Source of the DNA: Trichosphaerium sp. ATCC 40318
Taxonomy: Eukaryota > Protista > Tubulinea
Assembly: GCA_038496445.1 (NCBI GenBank)
Contig: JALMLS010000071.1
Location: forward strand, 1 to 64,000
Direction: 5' to 3'
DNA: 64,000 bases
Shown: positions 63,516 to 64,000 of the stretch, piece after piece
Layout: every line of letters starts with the position of its first letter
Numbering within the stretch: position 1 is the first letter of the stretch
The notes under the pieces: model-generated
What the model was told of the DNA's origin: nothing
What the model saw: only the letters and a program-made list of their open reading frames with translations
Databases searched by the model: none
Program-made: the position numbers and the translations under genes

Positions 63516-64000
63516 GTGACAGTCGCACTGAAAAGTCTAAAAAAGCCTCAATTGCCTTTTTCGCAGAATTTCGCAGATACAATTCATTGCATTGACAGAA
63601 TTCATGTTATTTTCACGTGACATAACTGAACGAGCGCTCAGCGGTACCACTGTTGCTAAAGACATTGATCAATGCACACCGTAGGACGACTGAGGAGTGG
63701 TATTTATTGACAATGGATTAGAGAGGCAAAAAGGCTTTTAATCGGTTATGTTTAGTTATAAACTTGTATTTTGTGGGGTTTTGAGTTATACTGACCCATT
63801 CCCACATTTTACATTTCTTAACTCGAGCGTCAGAGTTACATATAGGTCTGCACGCGTATGGGTTGCTTGTTGATAAATATAACTCAAATATATGCTAATA
63901 AGCAAGGGTTTTAAGTAAACATCTTTCGTTTTTGTTCTAGACTCACTAAAATCCGCAACAATGCTCGTGCCAGAGCGTGATACTACTTCTTCATCTCCTT

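Noticed and set aside
1-64000. tRNA, rRNA or snRNA genes
   Set aside because: None recognised by eye; a covariance-model search would be needed to exclude small ncRNAs.

Overview
Gene-dense, AT-rich (about 35-37% GC by eye) eukaryotic genomic DNA with many short spliceosomal introns (mostly about 40-120 nt; donors GTAAG/GTACG/GTTCG). It most likely comes from a free-living protist, probably an amoebozoan (inference from gene content). Recognisable host genes are: SRPBCC protein, Ras-like GTPase, sulfatase, BTG/Tob, GHL15-like hydrolase, Arp2, ABC1/ADCK kinase, sedolisin, GH115, SUMO, Arf-like protein, DBP7/DDX31 helicase, DUF4377-like and DOMON proteins. Between them sit about 11 F-box or F-box-like genes (LRR, MORN-like, transmembrane or unknown C-termini), several decayed LRR fragments, a deleted hAT transposon and a TTAA-flanked MITE. 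The main unexplained signals are: (1) the palindrome CACGTG occurs about 71 times, roughly 10x the expectation, in introns, intergenic DNA and exons; (2) an F-box-LRR/MORN repertoire with conserved frameworks, variable surface positions and scattered pseudogene cassettes; (3) a probably mitochondrial protein made of six exon-modular Trp-rich repeats ending in a restriction-endonuclease-like domain; (4) an intron-containing gene with a domain resembling the reader modules of modification-dependent restriction enzymes. All exon structures, counts and family calls were made by eye, without searches.
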